Assembly: GCF_018350175.1 (NCBI RefSeq) | Contig: NC_058368.1 | Coordinates: 7,192,001-7,256,000, forward strand | Source: Felis catus | Lineage: Eukaryota | Length of the DNA: 64,000 nucleotides | Direction of reading: 5' to 3' | Position numbers and translations under genes: made by a program | Shown here: in pieces, positions 10,801-23,649 of the stretch | How positions within the stretch are numbered: the stretch's first letter is position 1 | How the letters are laid out: every line of letters starts with the position of its first letter | Notes under the pieces: model-generated | Seen by the model: the letters and a program-made list of their open reading frames with translations, nothing else | What the model was told of the DNA's origin: nothing | Database searches by the model: none

Positions 10801-12489
10801 GGACGTCCTTTATTTTTGACAGCTGCCTCCACTCTCAGAACCCCGACACCGACCGGACAGCTGTCTCGTCTCTACATCGCAGCCTCAGCGATAGACATTT
10901 CTCACCTGACCTCTCGAACCGGCGATCGCTTTTTGGGCAATTCAAGGAGGGGTTGCTACTGGATTCACCCTTAAAACTGCAGACTTTTGAGGAACAAGGT
11001 GAGGCCCCGTAGAAGTTTGCAAAACAGCCCCACCTCAAAGCATCATGTGCAGGGGAGTCACCAGAGTGCAGATGGAAATCCTGCAGCACCCCGCACACCG
11101 CCACCCTTCCCCTGGTTGGAGGCCTGCCTTCTGCCGCGTGCGGGGAGGTGCTAGAAAGGGCTCGTCTTTTACTCCCGTGATCTTACATTTTACCATTTCT
11201 ATCCTTGGATGTTTTGCAGCCAGTGGGTGCTGTATTCACATGTCCAACTTTACTTCTAAAGAGCTTTTGCGTGGCCAGAGAAATCAACTGCTCGCCTAGT
11301 TGAACGGAGTAGATTGGCGCTGTGCAGTGGCGAGAGCTTTCCAGCAAGGCCCCCCGGGGCGTTGAAACCTTTCCTTCTGCAGGCCGAGAAGAGAGACTTA
11401 AGAGAACAGGTGCTCACTTCGTGACTCGTTCGCCTGGGCCTGGGTGGGAGTTCCCTCTGCTGTGCGACCTACCTACGCGGTCTTACCGCCAAAGACGGGT
11501 AAACGGAGGGAGGCCCGAAGGACGAAAAGGTGCAACCCGGTGTTGCAAAGAAGTGATCCGGAGCCCGTCTGTGCGTCATGCACACGGTAGGTGCTGGGTG
11601 AATTCTCGTGTCGATGGCTGCACGGGAGAGAGCCCCGTCGGGCCCTGGGACGTGCACGGGCGTTCTGCAGGTGCTTAAGGCAACTCAGAAAGAGTACACC
11701 CCAGCATGCAGCGTGGCTACCCCACTTTCCCTTTTTAAATGTTGATGCAAGACGCTTAGTCTTTATAGAAAGTGCCACGTTCACTGCAGCTCGGAGCTTT
11801 CACATTCCCAACTGGTTCCCTCGGAATCGATGGGACTCTGCTGTCCTGAAACGCGGGGGGGGTGGGGGGTGGGGGGGGTGGGGGTGGGGTGGGGCGGGGC
11901 TTCGGACGTGATGCACGAGCCAAGTACCGTTAGGAGCTGAAAGTTAGGTTTGTTGGTTTCAGATTTAAACCAGCCACTTATCGCAGGCTTCAACCATTTG
12001 AGGAGTCCTAAAGCAACGGCCCGCTGTCCTGTACAAGGGACCGGAAACCCGGTTCGGAAGCAAGAGCGAACAGAATTTGCACACCGCGTTGTCTTTCCAC
12101 GAGGAAGTGCGCCGGCTTGTTTGGAGCGCGCGGCCCGCCCGCTGTTTGAAAGTCTGCTCATATCGCGGGGTATCCTGAGGGAACAACCCTTCTCGATCTT
12201 CGACATTCCCTTCTTCCCACCCCAGGTGGCCTCCCTAAGCAGCACCAGAGACCCCTCATTTCCCCGACCAGCTCAAAAATAATTGGAGGATGGAATTCCC
12301 CACACCTTAAACGTGGGCCGTGCACAGTGACTTCTGTCCAACGACTGCGGTGTAGACAGAAGGGCAAGCAACTTTCCTGGAGAAGAACCTGACGAACACT
12401 GCTCTTAGGCCAGGTGGGCAAGGTCAACACCAACAGCCACAAGTCACGCTGACAGTATGCAGCGTCGCTAGGCCATGAGAGAATGGCCC

Positions 12490-12730
12490 TTGACCTTGGC
12501 CATCTTCCTCCCGCAGACGCACAGCCCCCGTCTAATCACGAGAAAGCGAAGCAGGCACGTTCCAACGGGGGGCGTCTTACAGTGTCCCTGGCGGGTGCGC
12601 GACACCATCCAGATCCTCAGAAGCAAGGAAAGTCTGAGAAAACGGCACAGCCAGCGGGGAGCCCCAGGAGGCATAACTAGATGTCGTGTGGCGTCCTGGA
12701 AGGGACCCTGGGACAGAGAAAGGACACGAG
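12490..12730 (+). mobile_element. Ancient L1 (L1MC-like 3' region) relic, GC-shifted
   Basis: tctaatcacgagaaa...aaggaaagtctgagaaac...gtcctggaagggaccctgggacagagaaaggacac resembles the L1MC 3'UTR as recalled. Confidence 0.6.
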
Positions 12731-13842
12731 GCCTACACGCTCCGTCTAGAGAACCCTGGGCTCTCCGGAAGGTATAGAATCTCTGATTTCTAGTGTCTAA
12801 TTTTAAAGGTTGCTACAGGCAGGGGTAATCGAGCACCTACCTGGCAAGTTTTTCTTCTTCCTCGTACATATCCGTGGCCACGAAAGTATAATTTAACAAA
12901 ACCTTTCAGAGGAGTAAACAGTGCCTGCCCCTGGAGGTTGGTAAGGATTTCCCACAAGGAGGTGATGCCACGAGAGCCAGGTCAGCCTGCGGAGGCACGG
13001 GCGTGGTGGTGATGGTGTATAAAGGAGGCAAGGAGTGGGGGAAGCGAGGTGAGTGGGGGCAGGGGGCGGGGCGGGAAGGGGCTTTCCTGCCGCGCCAAGC
13101 TGCTGTGACCTTTCCCTGCAGATCCCTAACCAGAGCAGCGACCAAAATTAGGGTCTGGAACAGCTACCGGTAAGAGTTCAGACCGGAGAGAGCAGGGGGG
13201 GTAGGGAAGCGCACGAGAAAACCGATGTCCGTGTTGCAGAAGCGACGTTAGGGGCCCTCAGTCCCCAGACAGCGCGGGCTGCAGACCCGGGGTGTGGGCG
13301 CGCTCAGAACTGCGAGGTGGCTCTCGCAACTGTGAGGGTGGTTAGGTCAGAGCCACAACAGAAGCAAACACGGAGGTCTGCTGAGATGCACCCTCACAAG
13401 GAGGGTAATTCTCTTGAAAGCCAGAGAAAGCTAGAGATAGCAGCATCCAAGCGACGCCTCCCGATATGGGACACCCGACATGGGACGCTGCGGCCACGCA
13501 CAGAAGGGATCGCACCATAGGGCTGCAACAGGGAGCCCTCGGAAGCAGGACCTGGGGGCGTGGGGAGCCCGCCGGAGTCACAGAGGGTAAATGGGACCAC
13601 AGAGCCATCCAGAAAACCTGATTAGGGGTCAGACCGCACGGCCCTTGATCTGAACTTAATTTACCGGGAAATCGGGAGCAGTTTTCTTTGATTACAATTT
13701 TTTCTTCTTTAATGCAGGTAATGAGCAAAGCCAGGAAGCAGGTCAGGCCCGCCTGGTCCGGGAAGTGCTGTGATAGAGGCGACAGGCACAGCCATGTAGT
13801 AATCTCCAATTTTCTGATAACCACGTTAAAGCAAAGTAAAAA

Positions 13843-14060
13843 GGGGCGCCTGGGTGGATCAGTCGGGTGAGCGTCCAACTCTGGATCTCAGCTCAGATCA
13901 TGATCTCAGGGTTCCTGGGATCGAGCCCCGTGTGGGACTCTGTGCTGACGGTGTGGAGTCGGCTCGGGATTCTCTCCCCCCCTCTCTCTGCCCCTCCCCT
14001 GCTTGTGTTTGCACATGCTCATGCTCTCTCTCCAAATAAATTTCAAAAAAGCAAAAATAA
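13843..14060 (+). mobile_element. Can-SINE
   Basis: ggggcgcctgggtggatcagtcgg head, (CT)n, A-rich tail. Confidence 0.9.
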
Positions 14061-14094
14061 ACTGGTGAAATCAATTTTAGTAAGATATTTTAGG

Positions 14095-14612
14095 GTAAGG
14101 GGAGGGGGACTTGGAGGAAGGCAGTCGAAAGGTACAAACTTCCAGTTACGAGATAAAGAAGTCCTAAGGGGTGCTTGGGTGGCTCAGTGGGTTTAGCGGT
14201 GACGTGTGTCACTTGGGCTCAGGTCATGATCTCGAGGCTCGCGAGCTCGAGCCCCACGCCGGGCTCTGTGCTGACAGCTCAGAGTCTGCTTCAGATTCCG
14301 TGTCTCCCTCTCTCTGTCTCTGTCTCAAAAATATTTAAAAAAAGTCCCAGGGATGTTATGTGCACCACAACAACTACAGCTAACGCCGCTGTGTGATATA
14401 TAAGAAAACGGTCAAGAAAGTAGATCCTGAGAGTTCTCATCCCGAGGGGAAATTTCTGTCTTTTCTTTTTACGGTGTCGGTGAGAGAAGACGGAGGTTAG
14501 CTGAACCTCTTGCGGTGACCCCCTCACAGTGTATGTAAACCCAAACCATCATGCCGTATGCCTTCAACGTACACAGAGATGTATGTTCTTTCTCAATAAG
14601 ACTGGAAAAAAT
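14095..14612 (+). mobile_element. L1MA-like 3' end interrupted by a Can-SINE (14168-14343)
   Basis: aaaggtacaaacttccagtta...aaagtagatcctgagagttctcatc...ctcaataagactggaaaaaa. SINE flanked by aagtcc(t/c)a. Confidence 0.75.
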
Positions 14613-14969
14613 GCATAGAAAAAGATGGGCAGGCAACCCACCAAAAATAAAACTTAAAAAACATACTGTATTTTCTATCAGCCTGTATATCCAAGGTATT
14701 ATCATTTTGATACGTGGCCCAGTCGCTGTTCAGGGATTCAGTAGCCACACGTGTTGGGCAACACAGATCTGGAGCTACCGTGTGCGCAAAATGTCCAACG
14801 ATCAGCAGGGATCAACGTGTTGTGCCTACAGGACTAAGAATCAGAAGGTGGACTTGTAACTCTGAGGTTCGAAGCTCGGGGCGCGGTGACGGCAACAGGG
14901 GTGCCGTGAACACATTCAAGGATGGCATACGGAGTCACTATCTGCTGCTCCAGAAAAGAGACAATGTCA

Positions 14970-16995
14970 CTGTCATGGAAAGGATGACTTTTATTTCCAT
15001 GGATGATTATCACACCATTATTTAAACACGTTTGAGAAATCCTGAAATAATTTAAACCGAAGGCACAGAACAAATCAAAATATTTGAACTATTTACGCTT
15101 AAAATGAGAAAATTCAAATATCTCAACAGTTAACAATAAATTACGAACAAGTTTCCATCACCAAATATCATTCTGACCAAAAGCCATCGCGTTTTGTAAT
15201 CAAACCAAATTGGCTTCAGCCGAGGCCGAGATTTCCGTGATAAAAATAACGTTGAAAAAAGTGCCTTCTTCCAAAATACTCATCATACCCCCAGGTTCAA
15301 GGTAAGTACTTTATGTATAACAAAGTAGCCATTAGGATATTTGTTGATGGATGGTCGCTCCCCAAGAAATGATGCATTCTTACAAAATGTTTAAAAAAAT
15401 AGCCAAGTAGGATATAAAATTCTATCTGGGGAGCAGGAAAAAAAACCCAACAAACAGACCTGTTCCATGTCGATTAGAATATCAAAGCACGTCAATACCA
15501 AATTGCTTCAAAAGCCAATCATCACATAACAGTAATATACTGTATGCAGCATTCCACTGTATCTTGGTTATATGTTGACCATACACAGTGTAGCTAAGGG
15601 GTTGAACGAATCGGTAGCAATTATTGTTGCCATTTCTTATTTATCCAAAAGAGATCGGTTTAAAAAAATCACTAAAAAGCTACCAGGAATAACCAGGGAC
15701 ATGCTACAGCCACAATAAAGCCCTAGCAATGCAACTGCTAGCTTGAAAATCAAGTGGTCATGCTCATAATATACTGTAGTATTTTCGAAATACATTCTCT
15801 GATAAACAATACCATTTATTACAGAGGTCACTTGTAAATGAGCTCAGATTCTGAACTAGGTTCCTAAGTGAAACTTTTTTCAAGTATGCATAATATTAGC
15901 AAGGTAAAGATATTTCTTCTCTTACTCGCTTCTTTATGGGTTCTTCCAAAGGACAACCACGTGGAGTGAAGGACGAACAAAACGGGCCGGTCGTAGTTTT
16001 CAGAAACATTTAGGAAAAACAAGAGATAGCCTAGTGATCAAGGACTCACTGAAAGATAATAAGCATCTAAAACCTACTATTTTCGATAAAAATCCAGGAC
16101 TTTTCAGGCTTTTTCTTGAAATGGTTAAGTTCACGAGAAATAATGGGGGTGGGGGGGGAAATAAGGGTTTCTAAAACACTCAAGGCTCGTCTCAGAATGA
16201 AATAAAGCTAGGGTACCTTCTACACGGAGTTGTGATATATATGAATGCGTATTGAATAGCAATACGGTTTTATCTTTATCTACTTTAATTGCATCAATCA
16301 CAGAAAGCATGTCCAGTCAAGACTGCTGACAAGTACAATACAAACGCTAGAAAATGAATTTTAGCAAAAAAACGCTCCAAAATTTTCCTGCGTAACAAAA
16401 CATTCCTTTGGAGATGAATCTTGAATGCCTTTGGACTTCTTTAAGTAAGTGCTGCTTTTGCCGTCTCCAGCACGGAACTGTAGTTAACCTCCCAACCTCC
16501 CGTGTCCCTGGAAAGCACGATGTTTTATTACCTAGCATTCTAATTATTGGTACATTATTTTGTAGAAAGCTCTTCAGTAGCGTCAGACTTCTGTCTTCAT
16601 CATCTATGAGCACTAAGAGATTAAAGTAGAAGTAAAATACGTCAGAAAAATCACTTTATAAACGGTAGGAAGTTTTGAAATGTTGGCACCGAAGGGAAAA
16701 AAATGGGGCAGGGGTACCATCTCCAGGGATCCGTTCGTGGCACCGTGGCTACAGCGCAGCAAATGCTACTGCCACTGGCTTCCCTGATCCCAGTCTTGGG
16801 GCGCGTGGACCCAAGGAACTACCACCAGTCCTCCGATGCAGCTGGCCGGGTCACAGTTTGGGAAGACTTCATCGGTCATGTTAGGTCACATTCTGACGAC
16901 GGAGGGTCTGAATTCTAAGCACAGGAACTTGTTACAAGGGCTAGTGAACAAAGCCCAAACAAGGAAGGGGCCTGACTCGAAACCGATTTCGGAAC
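14970..16995 (-). other. LNX2: LNX2 3'UTR (~2 kb)
   Basis: No recognisable repeats, mostly AT-rich, runs from the stop codon to the distal AATAAA. The exact end is inferred. Confidence 0.7.
14990..14995 (-). terminator. Likely distal polyadenylation signal AATAAA of LNX2
   Basis: tttatt on the plus strand, followed on the minus strand by a U/GU-rich stretch (ttgtctcttttct) about 30 nt downstream. Confidence 0.65.
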
Positions 16996-17131
16996 CTACA
17001 CCAGGCTGCCAGGCCAGCAGATAACTGTCAGAGTGACTTTGTTCCTCTGCTCCTTCAACATGGGAACTAGCGCAGAATGGCTCATGCCCACAGTCGACAG
17101 GCCGTTGACCGCCACGATCATATCTCCACAT
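16996..17131 (-). CDS. LNX2: LNX2 last coding exon (exon 10): PDZ4 end and stop
   Basis: Acceptor tctctttgcccag|, then [47 protein letters not shown]. 136 nt. Confidence 0.96.
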
Positions 17132-18169
17132 CTGGGCAAAGAGAAACAGAAACGGACCGTTAACTATTTTCATGGGCTCAGACAACGTTAGCCTGAGATT
17201 TCTTAAGCGTGAAATTCACAGCTTCGCGTAACCATTCGCTGTCAACGGTGAGCGCATATGATCTACCTTGCAAAACACCCGGGGCCGTTTTTCAGCCTAG
17301 ATTGGCCTGCCCCTGCCAATCAAGGGCACTTGTACGCCCACCGCTCCTGTAGCCGCCGGGTGGCTTTGAGGACGAGCAGAGTAATTTTCGCCTAAGCTTA
17401 AGCCAAATGTAATTCGGAGAATAAACGTGCTGCCACGTTAAGAAATACTAACTAATGCACCCGAGGGGATTGCTTATTATTTTAACTGTCCTCTTTCCTC
17501 ATTCTTAGAGTGCATACGTCCCAGGGTTGAATCGCGTCGAGAATAAGAAGGACACCTCCTTTTCTTTCGGCCGCCGTCAGCTGCGGACGCTTACTGTCCT
17601 CTGACAGGATCATCACAAATGGACGACAAATCTGAAGGCCTCCGTATCCTTTATGATTTTTCCTCTTTAGTCTGTAGTACCAACAGGCCAGCTTATTGTA
17701 AGCTACCTCAGTAGCAGGTGGAAAGTAAACTTCTGAGACCCAGACTGGTGGAGTAACCTAGCGAAGAGGATGGTTAAGTCACGTTGCCCCTACTCCTTCC
17801 GCCTAAAATGCGGATGTCCCCCCCATCTCTGTCGACACAAGCCTGATCAAGAGCATCCTGACCCTGACAACTTTTCGCCAGATCACATGAATGGCACTTT
17901 CTCTCCGTGAGCGGTACACGCTCTCCATGTGTGTGGCACCCTGTCTAGTACGTCAACACTTACTTTTTAAGAACCGGCCCTCCCCTCAAAAACTAAGCAC
18001 TAAGAGCTTCGTTACCCGTCTCCTCTCAGTCCGTAGGATCTCTTGACGTAACCCCTCCTTCTTCTCCCAGCACCTGAGCTTTGAAAAAGGAAAGAGGCTG
18101 CGCGAGGTCGGCTGAGGACTTCCAGAGGGTTCCCAGCCAAGGCCCTGGAGACACGGTCCTGGGTGCGAA

Positions 18170-18530
18170 CCGCAGTCAACCGTTTCCAGCTGCTTGACTG
18201 TGGGCAAGTTTCTTTCTCCTTCCAGCACTTAAGTTACCTCGTTTATCAAACGGAAATAGCAACAACAACACTGACCTCCCAGGGCTGTTAAGAAGGAAGG
18301 TTCCATAATACCATCGCAAGCACTCAGCACTGTGCCTGGCACACGGTAAGCTATCATACGTTCATTCATCAAATATTTACCGAGACCCTACTGTATACAC
18401 GAGGCACTGTTGTCGCGGCCAGGAATATAACGATAGAGGCAACCAAGTCCCTCCCACCCCCCGTCACGGAGCTTGCATAAATATAATGTTAAGTGGACAT
18501 AAGTGCTGTGGAGAAAAACAGAGCAGAGTC
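18170..18530. mobile_element. MIR relic followed by reverse L2 3' end relic
   Basis: gactgtgggcaagttt...cagcactgtgcctggcacacggtaagc, then cattcatcaaatatttaccgagaccctactgt. Confidence 0.65.
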
Positions 18531-18697
18531 ATCTAATGACAGGACTGGACCTAAGGGGGAATGTGTGGAATGACTGTTCATTGCTAGCTGTCCTACCACA
18601 GTGTGTCTCATCAGATGACTCAGGTTTGGCTCCTGTCATTAGATTCGCATCACAGAGCTATCGGAGGCAAGACGGTAAAGTGATGCTTCAGTCTAGA

Positions 18698-18909
18698 TCT
18701 GGTCTGGCCAACGGTTGCCGTAAAGGGCCAGTTAGTAAACAAATATTTTAGTCTTTGTGAACCACACGGTCTCTGTCCCAGTGACTCATCGCCGCCGCTG
18801 TGGCTCAGGGGCAACCACGGAGGACGCGCGAACCCGCGAACGCAGCCACCTCCCGCTAAAACTTTATTTACGACAACAGCCCACGGGCTGGGTTGGGAGT
18901 TGACCCCTG
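18698..18909 (+). mobile_element. MER58A-like hAT MITE
   Basis: gtaaagggccagttagtaaa..atattttag..ggtctctgtc..taaaactttatttac..gacccctg matches MER58A as recalled. About 65 bp into intron 9. Confidence 0.8.
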
Positions 18910-18974
18910 GTCACGATGGCGGGCGCCCATCACAGTAAAGCTGAATCACATGATCAGACATAATGAAGACTCAC

Positions 18975-19133
18975 TTTAATCTTCCATCATAATAAGCAGG
19001 AGTTCCCAAGACAATGGTTTTAATGAAGAAAGGCTGGTTGGTGTGGTTCTCTTCATATCCACCAACGATACTAAAGCCCCAGCTTCCCAAGTAGCTTCTT
19101 CGTAAAACTATGTCATGGCAGCTGTGAAGGGCG
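18975..19133 (-). CDS. LNX2: LNX2 exon 9: PDZ4 N-terminal part
   Basis: [52 protein letters not shown]. Acceptor ttattacag|, donor AA|GTGAGT. 159 nt. Confidence 0.95.
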
Positions 19134-19946
19134 CTGTAATAAACACAAAGATCAAGAAAAAATTAACATGTAGGCTTTTATACCCTGCTCACCTCTGCTG
19201 TAACTAACTCCACGGCATGTTATGCTGTCACTGCCTGGGAAGTAAGACGGGCTGCTTTATTTCCTTCCAGATACGTTATGCCGACAACCCGTTTTCTAGC
19301 GAGTCCTAGGTGGACTGGAGTTTCTCCCACTTTTTTCGGTCTTCTTTTCCCAGGTGAAGATACCAGACCTGCCCACACACACAAGCACGCAGGCATGCAC
19401 GCACAAACACACCTGGTTACAAGTGGCACCGTAGACATTTGTGTAAAATGGTTCTGTGCCTATATTTGCTCACTGCACTGTCAACAACGTCCTCGGTGCT
19501 GACATCCATTTGTATGCACACAATCTGTGTCTAGAAAAAAGTGGTACAGAAGCGGTCTGGTAGCCCTGATCTCGGCACTCAAATGAAAGAAGTGAGCATT
19601 GTGTGAGTTCCCCAAAAAGACAGAAAATGTTCTTTTTAATCTATGTGAAGAGTTTTTGTTGTTCTTTCCTCCTTCACTTAAAATGCATTTTAAGGGAGGC
19701 TCTGAAAAAATAGGGAACTCAAAATAGGGAAAAAAACAACAAAAAACATCTCCCCCCACCCCCCACCTTTTTTTTTTTTTTTTAAACCAGGGACCCTGAG
19801 ATGCTCCAGCCCGTCTGTCTGGAGAATAGGGCACTTCAGAGTTCTACAGATCTGGGAACAAGCAGTGAATAAAAATGTAAAAGTAGAAAAAAACTCCACC
19901 TAAATGACACAGAAAAAAAAATCTCTCTTTAGGAAACAAATATCTT

Positions 19947-20165
19947 GGGGCGCCTGGGCAGCTCAGTCGGTAAAGCGTCCGACTTCAGCTCAGGTCACGA
20001 TCTCCCGGTTTGAGTTTGAGTCCCGCATCGGGCTCAGAACCTGGGGCCTGCTTCGGATTCTGTGTCTCCCTCTCTCTCTCTGTCCCTCCCCCGCTCACAC
20101 TCTGTCTCTCGCTCCCTCTCAGAAATAAATGAACGTTAAAAAAAAAAATTAAACAAAAAAAAAAG
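19947..20165 (+). mobile_element. Can-SINE (antisense to LNX2)
   Basis: ggggcgcctgggcagctcagtcgg head. TSD gaaacaa(a/g)tatctt. Confidence 0.92.
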
Positions 20166-21903
20166 AAACAAGTATCTTTCCTTTTTCGATAAAATTGGAT
20201 ATAAAGCCCTCTAAGGCAAGGCTTCCTGTTTTTAATCTATTAAAAATAGTTCTTAATAAAGCCGATTCTGTATGTGATCTATGAAATGCCAGAACTTTTA
20301 AGCTGGTCTAGTTTCTTAGCTCACCAATAAGAAAGGGCTTTTAAAAAGGCTTCTAAGATACAGCAGGGTCCCCATGCATTGGCCTGGTAGCCTAAGGGGA
20401 ACGTAGGTTACTTTCATTATTCCGAATCTCCTGCAAAAAAATGATGACAACAACACAAAACAAATCGCTCTGTCTGGTGTGCAGATGTCCGGGGCACTCC
20501 TAGCACATTGCAGTGGGGGAGCCTCCCTTGTCAGAGGCAGAGCTGCTTAAAGGGGCCGCCCGCATCCAGAGCAGTGGCCCTTCTGCCGCGTGCTTGCGAG
20601 TACAGGTTTGCACACAACAGAGACCCCCCCCCAAGACTCTGCAGAATAGTGACCTCCTCCTGACAGATAACTCTTTTGATACAGGTGGACCCCAAAACAG
20701 ACTTTACCGTGCTGCGTATTTTTCACCTGAAATTTTCATGACTCTTCGTGGTACCCCGGAAGATGTTCGGAACACAACGGGGGAAGCGCGGACCCCAGAA
20801 CTAGGCCGGGGAAGCAGGTAAGGAAAACGGAGAGGAGCACCAGGGCAGTGCGAGTGGCTCTCCGGCGTAGTGCGGGTCTCCGCCTGTCCACCCGCAGTGG
20901 TGGGACCAGCTCGGCCACCGCACAGCAGGAGACGACACCTGCTCACCCACTGGTGCGTGAAGGGGCCTTCCTGACTTGCTAGGTCCAGAGTGACAGGGCT
21001 GAGTATTTAGCAAGATAAACGAGCTTCCCCTCTGATGGCTGAAACCTCACAATTTAGACAGCGTGTCTTCGGCAACCATTCCAACTGACCCCCACAGGCC
21101 CCTGAGACGTGAATTCTATTGGTTGTAGGCCTTTTTAGTCTTTTTCAACCAAGAGGACAAGTCGGGAAGTTAGATTACCGACGAATTCCAACCATCCTTG
21201 TGCTTTGTGGTGTTATGTGAAAGTACTTTTTTTTAAATAAATCATACAGCACTATACAAATGCTAGTTATTAAAAATTAAATCCACATGGTGCTAGATGG
21301 CTCAGAAACTGGCATTCTTATTGTTTATTTTTATTGTAAAAAAGCAGTCATTTTCATACTTGGCTCAGAGTCCAAATATGTCATCACAGTTCAGTTTTAG
21401 GATTCTTCTATATATTAGGAATCTAAAGTGATCTGGAAACAAAGACAGTAATACACATTCTCCCTATCTCAGTACCCAATTAAACGAGCATCATCAGGGG
21501 GCTGCAAATGCTTTCGTGACCAGACACGGACCCCCTGCAGCATGCCCTGATGGTGACAATCAGGAAGCAGCGAACTCTTCACTGAGGTGGCGAGGCACGC
21601 CTACTCTCGAACCCCAACAGTGTGGCTTAAAGACTCTCACGTCCAGCAAAAATGGAATTCTACACCTTGCCCTTTTAGGGAGCTAAAAGGATTAAGAAAG
21701 GGATTTCAGAAAAGCTTCTGGAATAGGGAAAGGCCCCACACTTTGACCTGGTTTTTCTGGTGAAAAATGCACGCGAAGTCTAAGCATGTATCAGAATGCA
21801 TGGTGGGAAATGACCGCTTTTCTAAAGCAAGAGGCTGAACATCCAAATCTCATGGCTGGTCCACTTACGAACCTTAATAGGAATGGACAGATGGCTTTAT
21901 TCA

Positions 21904-22367
21904 TTTTTTTTTTTTAAATGTTTATTTACTTTGAGAGAAAGAAAGAGAAAGAGGGAGAGCATGTGCATAAGCAGGGGAGGGGCAGAGAGAGGGAGAGAGA
22001 GAATCCCAAGCAGGCTCCATGCTGTCCGTGCACAGCCTGACATGGGGCTTGATCCCATGAAGCACGAGATCATGACCTGGGCTGACATCAAGAGTCAGAC
22101 ACTCAGCCAACTGAGCCACCCAGGTGCCCCTATTCATTTTTATTTGCATGTATGTATGTATGTATATTTATTTTTGAGAAAGAAAGAGACAGAGGACAAG
22201 GGGGAGGGGCAGAGAGAGAGGGAATACACAGAATCCCAAGCAGGCTCCAGGCTCTGAGTTGTCAGCACAGAAACCAAGGCACGGCTCAAACTCATGAACC
22301 GTGAGATCATGACCTGAGCTGAAACCAAGAGTCAGACCCATAACCAACTGAGCCTCCCAGATGCCTC
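21904..22367 (-). mobile_element. Two tandem Can-SINEs
   Basis: Two reverse SINE bodies, ~21904-22130 and ~22131-22367. Confidence 0.88.
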
Positions 22368-22599
22368 TATTATTTTTATAAATAGATACATTAAGTCTTT
22401 TTAGCCTAGTTCTTATTATTAAATTTGCCTTTTAGAATATAATAACCTGAGAAAAATTACTATTTTCTGTTGTAACTTGATTTGCTATTGCAAATCGGAC
22501 TAAAACCTTTTCGTTCCCTGGATGAGTGAATTTATGGTGTTACACACTGACAGTGGCTGTAAGTATGATTACTCCGTAAGGGTCAAAAGCGGTCAGTAC

Positions 22600-22831
22600 C
22601 TTGGAAGCCCAAGCCACATGACCCATGACGGGGACCAATTGGCGTCATACTCATTCTCGCTGAAGGTGCTCAGCTGCTCTTCCGTGGTCTGGGTTGTCTC
22701 CTCAACAACCTGGACCTCAAGCGCTTTCAGGACAACAGCAGAGGACGCGGCACTGGCTTTCAGCATGGCCACAGCCTCACTGTGACTTAGATTGGTCAGA
22801 TCAATGCCATTGATATTCAGCAATATATCGC
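22600..22831 (-). CDS. LNX2: LNX2 exon 8: PDZ3 C-terminal part and linker
   Basis: [29 protein letters not shown]...[12 protein letters not shown]. Acceptor tttgaacag|, donor AAG|GTACTG. 232 nt. Confidence 0.95.
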
Positions 22832-23649
22832 CTGTTCAAATGAAGAAACAAGAAAAATGAGACAAGCCAGTGAGTGACTATCTCCCTGTACATCCTGTTA
22901 TCTGTAAATTAATCAACAAAGGTTGGTTCCAATAACTCACATGAGGTAAAAGACCATTTTCTTACTTCTCTGTAATTTTTATGATCCTGAGGAAAAATCC
23001 AATTCATGGAGAACATTCCAGAACAACTCAAAACTTTAAGATAGTGTCATAATACGTAGGAAAAGGTGTGGCTCCAGGCACTGTGATTCAACTGGAAGTC
23101 CAAATCATTAGACTGTGTTTTGCTAGGTACAGGCCCTGGGCACATTTATTTCTCTTCTTTGAGCTTTAGTGACTTCTATAGTTCTTTTCTATTAGAAAAT
23201 TATTTGATCCTTGGCTCTTAGAAATGAATTTTTAATATATTCTATTTTACAGTTACACTGTTTTATACATAAAGATAGCCCTACAAAGTTTGTTTGGTGT
23301 GCACATATCAGAATACGTAAAGAGAAGATATCCTTGGGCCTACACAAAGAAATGAAACTTGTGATTTGAACATCTTCTCTTGCTTGAGGAATAAAAAAAA
23401 AAAAAGTGTCTGTTGCCTTGCCATAATATAATAAAAAAAGGGTAATGAGGATTACATAAAAAGGTTAGGAAGGAAAAGATTAGTTTTGTAGGTACCAAGA
23501 AAGCCTATGGAAAATCCTCCTCTCCCAATTCATCATTTATTTTTCAGATTGTTAAAGCAAACATTCTTACTGTAGAAAACTTAGAAAACATGAAATAAAC
23601 AGAAGGAAATAAAATTACCTCAAACTCCACAATTGGGCAAATAACATTT

